Shown: piece by piece, positions 1 through 8,870 of the stretch
Numbering within the stretch: position 1 is the stretch's first letter
Layout of the letters: each line of letters opens with the position of its first letter
Assembly: GCA_963665125.2 (NCBI GenBank)
Contig: CAXXUK010000001.1
Coordinates: 2,080,001-2,144,000 of the forward strand
Direction: 5' to 3'
DNA length: 64,000 nucleotides
DNA from: an uncultured Desulfarculus sp.
Lineage (GTDB): Bacteria; Desulfobacterota; Desulfarculia; Desulfarculales; Desulfarculaceae
Position numbers and translations under genes: made by a program
Notes under the pieces: model-generated
What the model saw: only the letters and a program-made list of their open reading frames with translations
What the model was told of the DNA's origin: nothing
Databases searched by the model: none

Positions 1-610
1 TGAGCATGTGGCCGGTGTCCAGTACCAGGCCATAGTCTTCGATATCCAACCCGTCGAATAGCCGCCTGATCTCGTCCTGCTCCTCGAAGCGCAGGCCGCC
101 GGGCCACCACAGGTTTTCGAACAGAATCGGCATGCCCGGATCATCATCGGCGCAGGCGCTGTTGACTATCTGGGCCGACATGTCGATGGTCTGCTGCCAG
201 GTCCAGGGAAACTCCCAGCTCACCACGCCCCGCCAATCGGCCTGGGCCGCATGGAACACCGCGTACTCGGCCCCGGCCCGGCGGCCCCAGGCCAACTGCT
301 TTTTATAGCAGTCGATGACCGCGCCCCGGTCCAGGCCGCCATAGAAATGCCGCGCAGTTTCCAGGTCGCCGAAGGTCCGCACCAGGCCGTCCATGTCTTC
401 TTGCCACAGGTCCCACATGAACACGAAGAACCGTAGGTGCAGCCCGGCCACGAGATCGTTTGGGATATTGTCCAGCGGATAGCCGTCCACCGGATATATC
501 TCGAAGCCGTCAAAGGCGAACCGGTCCATGACCTGGCGGCCGGTGGACCAGTCCTGACCAACGACCTCGATATCATTGGTGAAGGTGGTGGAATTTAATA
601 GACGCTTCAA
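1..610 (-). CDS. TIM-barrel protein (xylose isomerase/AP endonuclease 2-like), 3' end outside window
   Basis: Not in the ORF track. My translation from TTG at 610 is open to the window edge (LKRLLNSTTF...AVFHAAQ...ILFENLWWPG...GLVLDTGHML). ENLWWPG and LDTGH are typical metal-binding motifs of this fold. Confidence 0.7.
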   Translation of the reverse strand, partial: MKRLLNSTTFTNDIEVVGQDWSTGRQVMDRFAFDGFEIYPVDGYPLDNIPNDLVAGLHLRFFVFMWDLWQEDMDGLVRTFGDLETARHFYGGLDRGAVIDCYKKQLAWGRRAGAEYAVFHAAQADWRGVVSWEFPWTWQQTIDMSAQIVNSACADDDPGMPILFENLWWPGGLRFEEQDEIRRLFDGLDIEDYGLVLDTGHML

Positions 611-632
611 CGGTTTTTCCCCACGGCTTTAG

Positions 633-1118
633 TTAGTTGCCCTCGTTGAAACGCCGCTGCCAATCGTATTCGCGGGCGGTCACCGAGTCTTCAAGGCGTC
701 TCAGACGCCGTTCCAGGCTTTCATAGGTCCGCTTCAGGCGGCCGATGGCCCCGGCCCTGCTGGCGGTGTAGGAGGTGTAAAACTCCTTTTCGGATTCGTT
801 TTCCAGGGGCAAGATCGGCTCACGCTTCATAAGCAGCGCCGCAATGACATAAAGCAGCACCATAGGCCAAAAGCCGCTGAATATGGTCGCCATCACGGTC
901 AGGAAACGCACCCAGAAAAGTGAGAAGTCATAGTGGGTGGCGATGCCCTTGCAGACCCCCAGGAACATCCCGCTGCGCGAGCGGTAGGGCCCGCCGCCCC
1001 TGTTGCCGAATATCGTTCTGGCTTGTCTATGTATGGTCCTCATAGTTTTCCTTCCATGGGACATATCTCTTTTAAACTGCCTGCGCATATGTCTGTGATA
1101 ATGCTTGTTGTGTCTCAC
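633..1118 (-). CDS. pspC: phage shock protein C (PspC domain membrane protein)
   Basis: YRSRSGMFLGVCKGIATHYD motif, one TM segment, C-terminal coiled coil; lies downstream of pspA/pspB. Confidence 0.85.
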   Translation of the reverse strand: MRHNKHYHRHMRRQFKRDMSHGRKTMRTIHRQARTIFGNRGGGPYRSRSGMFLGVCKGIATHYDFSLFWVRFLTVMATIFSGFWPMVLLYVIAALLMKREPILPLENESEKEFYTSYTASRAGAIGRLKRTYESLERRLRRLEDSVTAREYDWQRRFNEGN

Positions 1119-1354
1119 CGGCCCTGCTCCTTCTTCTCAATGTCCAGTATGAGAATCTCCAGGGCTTCGATGCGCTTTTCCATCTTTTCCAGGCCTTGGT
1201 ATATCTCCTGGATCAGCATGGTTTCCTCTGCCATTTGCTGCTCACGCTGTTTGCCCGTCGGGCCGGAATTGACTTTCATGGCCCATACTATGAAGAACCC
1301 GATTACTGCCGCCAGAGGTATGGCCAAGGCCATCATCGCAATAAATCCGCCCAC
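1115..1354 (-). CDS. pspB: phage shock protein B-like membrane protein
   Basis: 79 aa with N-terminal TM and C-terminal KMEKRIEALE.IL motif; between pspA and pspC. Confidence 0.75.
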   Translation of the reverse strand: MGGFIAMMALAIPLAAVIGFFIVWAMKVNSGPTGKQREQQMAEETMLIQEIYQGLEKMEKRIEALEILILDIEKKEQGR

Positions 1355-1399
1355 GTTCTTTCCCTGTCCCGGTTGGGGTTATCGTATCGCCTTGCCGGA

Positions 1400-2068
1400 C
1401 TACTTTTCCTGGCCGGCGGCCTTGGCCTTGAGTTCGGCCAGTTGGCGCTCGATTTCTTCATCCTCGGCCAGGCGTCCGAACTCTTCTTCCAGAGTCGGCT
1501 TGCGGCCATAGTCCACCAGTTCAGCCTCGGCCTCCATGCGGTCGATGCGGCTCTCCAACTTGTCAAAACGCATCATGGCGTCGGACGTCTCAAAGCGGCG
1601 CACTTCCTTACGGGCCTTGATCTTGTCCGAGGCCGCAGTGTGGCGCTGCAGCAACAGGCGGCGCTTTTCCCTGGCCATGGCCAGCTTTTCTTCCAAAAGC
1701 CGAATCTCGGTCTGGTAGCCGTCAACGATTTCCCTGGTCTTGTCTGCCTCGCGCTCCACCGATTCGGCCTGCTCCAAAAGAGCCCGCTTTTCGGCCAGAG
1801 CCTCCCGGGCCAGGTTCTCCCGGCCCTTGCTCACGGCCATCTCGGCCCGCTGGGCCCACTGCCCGGCCTTATCGCGGCACATGTCCAAAGCGCTTCTGGC
1901 CTTCTTTTCGGCGGCCATTGCCCCGGCGCAGGAGGCCTTTATCTCCACCAGGGTGTCTTCCATCTCCTGGATCATCAATTGGATCAGCTTTTCCGGGTTT
2001 TCGGCCCGGTCCAGCATGGCGTTGATATTCGAACTGACAATGTCTCTAGCCCTGCTAAATATACCCAT
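1400..2068 (-). CDS. pspA: phage shock protein A
   Basis: MGIFSRARDIVSSNINAMLDRAENPEK N-terminus, coiled coil, C-terminal EIERQLAELK. Confidence 0.95.
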   Translation of the reverse strand: MGIFSRARDIVSSNINAMLDRAENPEKLIQLMIQEMEDTLVEIKASCAGAMAAEKKARSALDMCRDKAGQWAQRAEMAVSKGRENLAREALAEKRALLEQAESVEREADKTREIVDGYQTEIRLLEEKLAMAREKRRLLLQRHTAASDKIKARKEVRRFETSDAMMRFDKLESRIDRMEAEAELVDYGRKPTLEEEFGRLAEDEEIERQLAELKAKAAGQEK

Positions 2069-2106
2069 GATCGCTCCTTATGCGAAAGTTGTCGCCTTGG
2101 CACAGG

Positions 2107-2122
2107 AGCAACAAGCGGGCCA
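2107..2122 (-). promoter_or_regulatory. sigma54 (-24/-12) promoter of pspA
   Basis: Minus strand TGGCCCG-CTTG-TTGCT fits TGGCACG-N4-TTGCW with exact GG-N10-GC spacing; divergent pspF activator is adjacent. Confidence 0.85.
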
Positions 2123-2221
2123 ACTCGCCACACGGATAAATAACCCTAACAAATTCAAGCGGATATTCATAGCAACGTATTAACGAACCGGCATTTTCTT
2201 TTGGTTTATATTTTTATTATT

Positions 2222-2236
2222 TGGTTTTTTTTACCA
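2222..2236. promoter_or_regulatory. candidate PspF upstream activator site
   Basis: TGGT-N7-ACCA palindrome in the AT-rich spacer, about 100 bp upstream of the sigma54 promoter and next to the pspF start. Confidence 0.45.
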
Positions 2237-2255
2237 TGTTATATATTATTTTACC

Positions 2256-3284
2256 ATGAGCAACCAAAACGAAAATCCGTCTCCCCGATATCATGACGCC
2301 CTGGGCCAGTCAGAGGCCTTTTTAATCTTTCAGGAAGCCCTGTCCAGGGTCGCCCCGGTGGACCGCCCTGTCCTGTTAATCGGCCAGCGGGGCACGGGCA
2401 AGGAGCTGGCCGCCTCGCGATTGCATTTCCTGTCCTCGCGCTGGCAGGGCCCCATGGTCACCCTCAGTTGCGCGGCCATTACGCCAACCCTCATCGAATC
2501 CGAGCTTTTCGGCTACGAGGCCGGGGCGTTTACCGGGGCCCAGCGCCGCCGGGCCGGGCGTTTTGAGACAGCCCACGGCGGCACCCTGTTCCTGGATGAA
2601 ATCGGCATCATGCCCCTGGAGGTCCAGGAGAAGCTGCTACGGGTGGTGGAATACGGCGTATTCGAGCGGGTGGGCGGCACCCAACCGGTAGCCGTGAACG
2701 TGCGCATCATCGGTGCCACCAACGCCGACCTGCCCGATTTGGCCCGGCAGGGCAAATTCAAAGAAGACCTGCTGGACCGCCTGTCGTTCGAGGTGTTGCA
2801 TCTACCGCCATTGAGAGAGCGCAACGGCGACGTTGCCTTGTTGGCCAGCCATTTCGCGGCGCGCATGGCCCATGAACTGGGCCGGGAGGACATCGCCCAG
2901 TTCAGCCCCGAAGCCATGGCCGAACTGGAGGCCTTTGCCTGGCCCGGCAACATCCGCCAGCTCAAGAACGTCGTGGAAAGGGCCGTGTACCGCTCCGAAG
3001 GCCCGATCATAGAGGCCATCGAATTCGACCCCTTCCCGCCGATGCCCCTGCCCGCCAAGACGCTGGCGGTCCAGCCGCTTCCCGCCCCGGCGGTCGCCGC
3101 CCCATCAACCAGCCTTGACGCCCCCTTGCGTGACCAGGTCGCGGCCCTTGAGGTGTCGCTGTTATCCCAGGCCCTGCAAAAGGCACGTCACAACCAGCGC
3201 CAGGCGGCCGAGCTCTTGGGCCTTGGTTACAACCAGTTCCGGGGTCTTTACCGCAAATACCAGGACCGGTTAAAAAACGAATAG
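2256..3284 (+). CDS. pspF: phage shock operon sigma54 activator
   Basis: AAA+ domain with GQRGTGKE and GAFTGA, no N-terminal regulatory domain, C-terminal Fis-type HTH; divergent from pspA. Confidence 0.93.
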   Translation: MSNQNENPSPRYHDALGQSEAFLIFQEALSRVAPVDRPVLLIGQRGTGKELAASRLHFLSSRWQGPMVTLSCAAITPTLIESELFGYEAGAFTGAQRRRAGRFETAHGGTLFLDEIGIMPLEVQEKLLRVVEYGVFERVGGTQPVAVNVRIIGATNADLPDLARQGKFKEDLLDRLSFEVLHLPPLRERNGDVALLASHFAARMAHELGREDIAQFSPEAMAELEAFAWPGNIRQLKNVVERAVYRSEGPIIEAIEFDPFPPMPLPAKTLAVQPLPAPAVAAPSTSLDAPLRDQVAALEVSLLSQALQKARHNQRQAAELLGLGYNQFRGLYRKYQDRLKNE

Positions 3285-3358
3285 AAATTACAATACTTGT
3301 ATTCCGGCGCGGTGTTTCTTTAATATCAATTAAGTCCTGCCGCTCACTGGAGGATGCC

Positions 3359-4243
3359 GTGAGGGTCTTCGCCTTGGTTTCATGCCTGATGCTGCTGTTG
3401 ATGCCGCCCGCCCTTGCCGGGGCCCAGGGCGCGGACCAGCTGCGCATTGGAGCGGGCCAACCCAGCGGCGTTTACTTCACCTCGGCCGAAGCCATCAACC
3501 GCCTGCTTGGGCAATGCAAACCGGAATGCAACGTATCTCTGGCCATCCAGACCAGCGGCGACAATGTTCAGACCATAGAGGCCGTGGCCTCGGGTAGATA
3601 TGAATTGGCCCTGATCTCCTCGGACCGGCTGTGCGAGGCATCCATTGGCTCCGGCCCCTGGCGGGGCCAGCCCCTGACCGGTCTGCGGGCGGTGTTGGGC
3701 CTCAACGCCGGGCTGTTTTTGATCACCGCCGAGCAGGCCCAAACGCTGACCAGCGGCGAAAGCTGGCTCAAGCGCGAACAGGCCGTGGCCTTTTCGGCCC
3801 TGGCCAGCAACGGCTCGAGCGACAAGCCCGTGCCCGTGATGGTGAACCGGGCCATTCTCATTGAAAATAAACGCACGGGCCGGATCATGGTCCGGTTCAT
3901 GATAATGGGGCCGAGCCAACTCAATGCGGCGGCGTCCAGGGATGCCTGCTACCAGCAAACCGTCATACCGCCGATGTATAACGGCATAGGCGGCCAAAAG
4001 GCCCTGGCGGCCCGGACCACGCTGATCACCAGGGCCGACGTGCCGGAAGAGGCGATCTACCAACTCACCAGGGCCGTGTTCCAGAACGTGGACAAGTTGC
4101 GCATGGCCACCCCGGCCTTTTCCGAGCTGAATCCGGCCGAGATGTCCACCGGCCTGGCCGCGCCGCTGCATCCGGGCGCCGCCAGATATTTCCGGGAAGC
4201 GGGCCTGGGCGTGGAGCCATCAGCCGCCGAACAGGGCGACTAG
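3359..4243 (+). CDS. TAXI-family TRAP solute-binding-like protein (divergent)
   Basis: Signal peptide, LRIGAGQPSGVYF and C-terminal PLHPGAARYFRE motifs; central region atypical. Confidence 0.7.
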   Translation: MRVFALVSCLMLLLMPPALAGAQGADQLRIGAGQPSGVYFTSAEAINRLLGQCKPECNVSLAIQTSGDNVQTIEAVASGRYELALISSDRLCEASIGSGPWRGQPLTGLRAVLGLNAGLFLITAEQAQTLTSGESWLKREQAVAFSALASNGSSDKPVPVMVNRAILIENKRTGRIMVRFMIMGPSQLNAAASRDACYQQTVIPPMYNGIGGQKALAARTTLITRADVPEEAIYQLTRAVFQNVDKLRMATPAFSELNPAEMSTGLAAPLHPGAARYFREAGLGVEPSAAEQGD

Positions 4244-4996
4244 GGCGTCCCAGCCCACGCCGCGCACGCCGGTGCGGTGGCGCATCACGCACCACAAAAT
4301 CAGGAAAAAGTACTGGCCCATGTGCAGGGGCACGGAAACCCAGAACGAGCGCACCCGCCACACCACAAAGCCCAGGACAATACCGCCGACCACTGACGTG
4401 AGCCCCTCCACCAAGGGCTTGGTGAAGTGCATGGCCGCGAACGGCACGGTCTGGATGAATATGGCGTAGAGCCCGAACTTGGGCAGCAGGCCGAAGAGCA
4501 TGAAGCCCCGGAAGAAGTATTCCCAGCCGATGAAATAAAGCAGGGCGAACCCCTGGGTGGCCAAGAAGATGTTCCAGTCCAGGGCGGCCAGCCTATAGCG
4601 GGGATAATAGGCCAGCATGGCCGGGATGTCCGAAACGAACCAGGTGCCCACGGCCACGGCGGGCAAATACAAGGCCAGCACTATGGCGGCCAGGCGCCAG
4701 TCGCCCAGGCCCAGGCCCATCTCCCTGGGGCCGCGCTTGAAGAAAATGATCATGCAGGCCAGGGGCACGGCCAGCCCCAGAATGAACTGCATCAGCGACC
4801 ACCAGCCCCAGCCCCAGAACAGCATCTTTTCCGGGGCCACCACGCCCTCGAAGATCGCCTGGAATGCCGCGTGGCCGCCGATGCCCTCGTGGAGAATCAG
4901 TAGCACGGCCGACGCGACGAGCACGAACACGCTCTGGGCGTCCAGGTCCTTAAGCTTGTCGGCGAACTGCCGGATATGTAGTTTAATGCCGCTCAA
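4220..4996 (-). CDS. CPBP/CAAX (Abi) family intramembrane metalloprotease
   Basis: Multi-TM protein with WEYFFRG, FAAMH and PLH motifs. Confidence 0.85.
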   Translation of the reverse strand: MSGIKLHIRQFADKLKDLDAQSVFVLVASAVLLILHEGIGGHAAFQAIFEGVVAPEKMLFWGWGWWSLMQFILGLAVPLACMIIFFKRGPREMGLGLGDWRLAAIVLALYLPAVAVGTWFVSDIPAMLAYYPRYRLAALDWNIFLATQGFALLYFIGWEYFFRGFMLFGLLPKFGLYAIFIQTVPFAAMHFTKPLVEGLTSVVGGIVLGFVVWRVRSFWVSVPLHMGQYFFLILWCVMRHRTGVRGVGWDALVALFGG

Positions 4997-5144
4997 AGTG
5001 ACCTCCCATTGCGGCTATATTCTGCACCAAACGTTAATTAAATTTCCAGATCTTTGTGGGCGTCCATCAAGCGCATAAAATCATTTTACATGTATTCAAA
5101 GCATTAACTTCGGTGAAGTGCTGATGATCAATCCTTGGTCTTCG

Positions 5145-6422
5145 TCAGGGATTGGTCGTATTTAACTCCAATAATACCACCTGCGTCTTTCTTTCAATGT
5201 GTTGTATCGATTTTCCTCTCAGCAGAAAAATATTATTATCGTTAACTATTGACATATCCAATGAGACATAGTCATTATCTGAATATAATAGGTATTCATT
5301 CGAAACATTCCCTTCCCCGTCCAATTGGAATAGGATTTCGGTAATATTGTCCTTACTGAAATCAACGAAATGTCCAAATAGCCATAACCTATTTTCTTTG
5401 ATTTTATAAACGGCAGAAGTAAATATTACACTATGCTTTGGGCTATACCATTTATTCACGGAAATATTCTTACGGGTGATGTTTTTCCCTGTACGATTAT
5501 AGCTGCTCCATAAAATATTTGTTTTTTCGCTTCCATCAAATCTCTGCCTGAATTCAGACATTATCAAAGTCACTTGGTCATTTTTCGGTTTTATCAAATA
5601 CGTATGCAGTATTAAATCTGTCATTCCCGGAGTATCCAACCACAACAACTTTCCATCACTATTAAATGAAGCAATAATGGCCTTGCTTTCATCTTTTTCA
5701 TTTTGAATGCCACCACCAGCGACGATTTGCTTACCAATCATAACCATACTAAGGAACCCACCACGATGGATATTAGTTAGTACGTTTTCCCAAATTATAG
5801 CTCCGTCCAAGTCTATTTTTCCAACCCACGGATGAGGTACGGCAAATTGATAGTCTGGAGGCAAAAAACATCGTTTAACACCTGCAAATGTTATTATACC
5901 ATCTTCACCAACATCTAATGCGCCGACAGTACATGAACATTTTGGGTCCTTCCAAACTCTTTGCCATAGCACTTTTCCACCAAGAGACACTTTTACCAAC
6001 CAAGGGTAATACGCTTTTTTCTCTTTCCAATTTAAATCGCACGAAAAAACAATTGTATTGTCGGCTGATAGCTTTAATTCATAAATTCGATGTACATCAC
6101 TTTCTGGACAAATGATCTTATTCCAAAGTTCTTCGCCATTCTTATCCAATCTGATTAGCCAAATACCTATTAATTTATTCTTTTGTTCAAATTTTGGTAT
6201 CGCGACAATTACACCGTCGCCTGGTATCGCGACTAACTTATAACCTTTCGCCAATTCCCTTGTCTCAAACGTCCTCTCCCATAGCACCTTTGGTTTCGGC
6301 GTATCAGGAGCAACAGGCGTTATGGTCAGATCAGCGGCATGGGCGGGCGTTGATATCAATGAAGTGAAGCAGAACAGGACCAGGCAAATTATCAGGGAAA
6401 CGCATGTTCTGAACTTGTCCAT
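5145..6422 (-). CDS. exported hypothetical protein with beta-propeller-like repeats, low GC
   Basis: Start reassigned to ATG 6422; signal peptide ending PAHA; repeated W-x-x-K/R-x-D-x-x-G-x-x-L-W units. Confidence 0.7.
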   Translation of the reverse strand: MDKFRTCVSLIICLVLFCFTSLISTPAHAADLTITPVAPDTPKPKVLWERTFETRELAKGYKLVAIPGDGVIVAIPKFEQKNKLIGIWLIRLDKNGEELWNKIICPESDVHRIYELKLSADNTIVFSCDLNWKEKKAYYPWLVKVSLGGKVLWQRVWKDPKCSCTVGALDVGEDGIITFAGVKRCFLPPDYQFAVPHPWVGKIDLDGAIIWENVLTNIHRGGFLSMVMIGKQIVAGGGIQNEKDESKAIIASFNSDGKLLWLDTPGMTDLILHTYLIKPKNDQVTLIMSEFRQRFDGSEKTNILWSSYNRTGKNITRKNISVNKWYSPKHSVIFTSAVYKIKENRLWLFGHFVDFSKDNITEILFQLDGEGNVSNEYLLYSDNDYVSLDMSIVNDNNIFLLRGKSIQHIERKTQVVLLELNTTNP

Positions 6423-6538
6423 CACGCACCCCCGCTTATGATTTGCCCACCTGTCAACAAAACGCCTCGGCATCCCTAAATACGCACGCAATCCTCCGCA
6501 TGTCAATGCGCCCGGCATTGCAACGCCGAGCCGTGGGC

Positions 6539-6574
6539 ATAAAAAAAGCCCGGACGCGACTACCGCGCCCGGGC
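6539..6574 (-). terminator. intrinsic terminator after the flavoprotein gene
   Basis: Minus strand GCCCGGGCGCG-GTAGT-CGCGTCCGGGC followed by TTTTTTTAT. Confidence 0.8.
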
Positions 6575-6609
6575 CACCCCACGAGCAACACGTTGCTCTT
6601 TTTGTCGGC

Positions 6610-7413
6610 CTACTTGGCCGACTTCTTCTTTTTCTTGGCCTCGGCGATGGTGGCCTTGCGCCACTCGCGCACCGATTCCGGGTCCTTGGCCAGCCTGGGG
6701 GCCTTGGGCTGCTTTACATATGACTCAAAGCCCTCATACAGGCCCGCCTCGTCCCAATGCACAAAGTCGTGCTCCATGACGTCCTTGTTCTCGGCCACCA
6801 GGTTGCCCATGAAGCGCCAGAAGAACAGGTCGTTCTCGTTGGGCGGGAACATGCGCTTTTCCTTGATGGCCACGGCCAGGTCCCGGGCCATGTCGGCCGC
6901 CCGCTGCATCACGGCGTCCTTGCCCACGAACTCGCCGGGGCTCACGGCGATGGCCGCCAGCCTGTTCAGGGGATAGGCCCCGAATATGCGCAGGACCATG
7001 GCCAGGTAGTCGGCCACCTTGACGTCGTACATGCCCGCCGACACGCTCACGGCCAGGCCCGGCTTCCAGGTCGGCTGGGGCTTGTGGCCGTAGGGCAGCG
7101 AACGGTCCAGGAAGGTCTTCATCTGGGCCGTGCAGTTCATGACATACACCGGGCTGCCCAGAATCACGCCGTCGGCGTCCAAGACCTTTTTGGCCACCTC
7201 GTTGTAGTCGTCGTCATTTATCCAGCATTTGCCCTTGTCCAGGCACAGGGCGCAGCCGATACAGTAGTCGATCTGCTTGTCGGCCAGAAAGATGTGCTCC
7301 ATCTCCACGCCGTGCTCGGCCAGGCCCTTGCCGATGGCGTCGATGAGCTGGGATGTGTTGCCGAAACCCACATGGGGCGATCCGTTTACCGCTACAACCT
7401 TGTACTCGGCCAT
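6610..7413 (-). CDS. iron-sulfur flavoprotein / NADPH-dependent FMN reductase family protein
   Basis: VNGSPH...GNT FMN loop, CIGCALCLDKGKC (CX2CX2CX5C), ADGVILGSPVY, KTFLDR. Confidence 0.85.
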   Translation of the reverse strand: MAEYKVVAVNGSPHVGFGNTSQLIDAIGKGLAEHGVEMEHIFLADKQIDYCIGCALCLDKGKCWINDDDYNEVAKKVLDADGVILGSPVYVMNCTAQMKTFLDRSLPYGHKPQPTWKPGLAVSVSAGMYDVKVADYLAMVLRIFGAYPLNRLAAIAVSPGEFVGKDAVMQRAADMARDLAVAIKEKRMFPPNENDLFFWRFMGNLVAENKDVMEHDFVHWDEAGLYEGFESYVKQPKAPRLAKDPESVREWRKATIAEAKKKKKSAK

Positions 7414-7432
7414 TTCAACCTCCTGAAACCGG

Positions 7433-8032
7433 TCAAGCCAGACCGATCTTCCTTTGATAATGTTGCGGGTACCATTTATTGAACCGCCTGCCCACCAGGA
7501 TCATCAGCACCGTGGGCAAGACGCCTTCCATCGTGACTCTCATGGGCGGGTTTCTAAGGCCCAAAGCAGAGGGGGCAGCCGCCAAGAATATTGCGATAAT
7601 GAACAACAGGGCCCAAACAGCGGTCATGCGGCGGTTTATGGTCTTGAAAATATCGGTCTGCCAAACCTCGGGCGGCGCGTTCTTGCGGGCGAAATATTCG
7701 GTAAAAGGCCGCATGCCCAGGATCAGGGGACCGGCCACGGCGCCCAGCAGCGCCAGGTAGATCAAGGCCACGGCGTATTTAGCCCCGAATCCGGCCAGGC
7801 CTGCCACCGGCAGCCAAAACGCCACGGCAAACAAAACAAAATATGCGCCAAAGCCTTTGTCTATGGCCGATGTGCCGTGTTTGGCCGTCTGCCAGGCCAA
7901 TAGCGGCAGGTACGCCACCGCGCACGCAAGGGCCAAGGGGCGGACCGTGTCCGGGGCATAGCCAACCAGCTCGGACCAGGTTACGAGCACAGCGGCCAGC
8001 ACCGGCCCGGCATAGGAACAGACGCTAGTCAT
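7433..8032 (-). CDS. hypothetical multi-pass membrane protein
   Basis: ATG 8032 overlaps the end of the MerR gene; about 6 hydrophobic segments and a RPFT..FAR...W...F..IN..MT.VW pattern. Confidence 0.7.
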   Translation of the reverse strand: MTSVCSYAGPVLAAVLVTWSELVGYAPDTVRPLALACAVAYLPLLAWQTAKHGTSAIDKGFGAYFVLFAVAFWLPVAGLAGFGAKYAVALIYLALLGAVAGPLILGMRPFTEYFARKNAPPEVWQTDIFKTINRRMTAVWALLFIIAIFLAAAPSALGLRNPPMRVTMEGVLPTVLMILVGRRFNKWYPQHYQRKIGLA

Positions 8033-8729
8033 GAAGCGTGTCTCCATCCTTGAGATGCCTGCTCTTGGCGATGCGGTGCTGAAAGAGGCGGTCGATGACG
8101 TAACTGCGCATGGCTCTGGCGTTGGTGACCATCGTCCTGGTGGTTTCGGCGTCCTGCTCATAGGGCAGATCAACGGTGACTTTATGCCGCAGCGCCATTT
8201 CATGGTTGACGATCTGGCGTCCCAGCTCGTTGTAAAAGCTCATGGCATCGGCGGACATGCCATTGGCCAGGCCCCGGGCCATCACCGCGCCCAAGGCAAT
8301 GTCCTGCTCATCGAACAGTCCGGGCTCCATGGGCAGCAGCAGGCCCGCGTCCAAAAACTCGCCGGCCTGCTCGCGGGTCAGGCCGCATCGTTGACAGAAT
8401 GTCTTCAAATCGACCTTTTCGCCGGAGTTGTCGCCGAACACCGTACGGTTTAGCTCCACCAGGGGCGTGATGTCGCGGCCCTGATCCTCGGAGCGCAACA
8501 GCTTGGCTATGCGGTCCAGGCTCAGGCCATGCTCCATTTGCAGGTGTTTGATGCGGGCAAGGCGGTCGACGCAGGCGGCGTCGTAGTGGGCCATGTTGGG
8601 GCTAGTTTTGTGGGGCTTTGGCAGCAGGCCCTTTTCCACGTACAAAAGGATCGTGGACTTTGGTACGCCCGACGCCTCCACAAGCTGCTTCATTTTCATC
8701 GTAGTTTTATTGCCTGATGGCTTGTCCAT
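8025..8729 (-). CDS. MerR family transcriptional regulator
   Basis: MKMKQLVEASGVPKSTILLYVEKGLLP wHTH; start 8729 has a GAGG RBS. Confidence 0.85.
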   Translation of the reverse strand: MDKPSGNKTTMKMKQLVEASGVPKSTILLYVEKGLLPKPHKTSPNMAHYDAACVDRLARIKHLQMEHGLSLDRIAKLLRSEDQGRDITPLVELNRTVFGDNSGEKVDLKTFCQRCGLTREQAGEFLDAGLLLPMEPGLFDEQDIALGAVMARGLANGMSADAMSFYNELGRQIVNHEMALRHKVTVDLPYEQDAETTRTMVTNARAMRSYVIDRLFQHRIAKSRHLKDGDTLHD

Positions 8730-8751
8730 TTCGCCTCTCATCTCCGGGAGC

Positions 8752-8781
8752 ACTGTATATTCAAAACCATTAAACTGTCAA
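8752..8781 (-). promoter_or_regulatory. sigma70-type promoter of the merR gene
   Basis: Minus strand TTGACA-N18-TACAGT. Confidence 0.55.
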
Positions 8782-8812
8782 GTGCCAAGTTTGCACTTTA
8801 CAGTTTTTTCCT

Positions 8813-8849
8813 TAAAAAAAAGGCAGCCCCCCGAAATGGAGGCCGCCTT
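8813..8849 (-). terminator. intrinsic terminator after the RND operon
   Basis: Minus strand AAGGCGGCCTCC-ATTTC-GGGGGGCTGCCTT then a T-run. Confidence 0.75.
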
Positions 8850-8870
8850 GAAGTTGCTTTTTCCCGCCCG

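Noticed and set aside
220..576. 118-aa minus-strand ORF in the track
   Set aside because: Wrong frame; the protein-like frame starts at 610 and runs off the window
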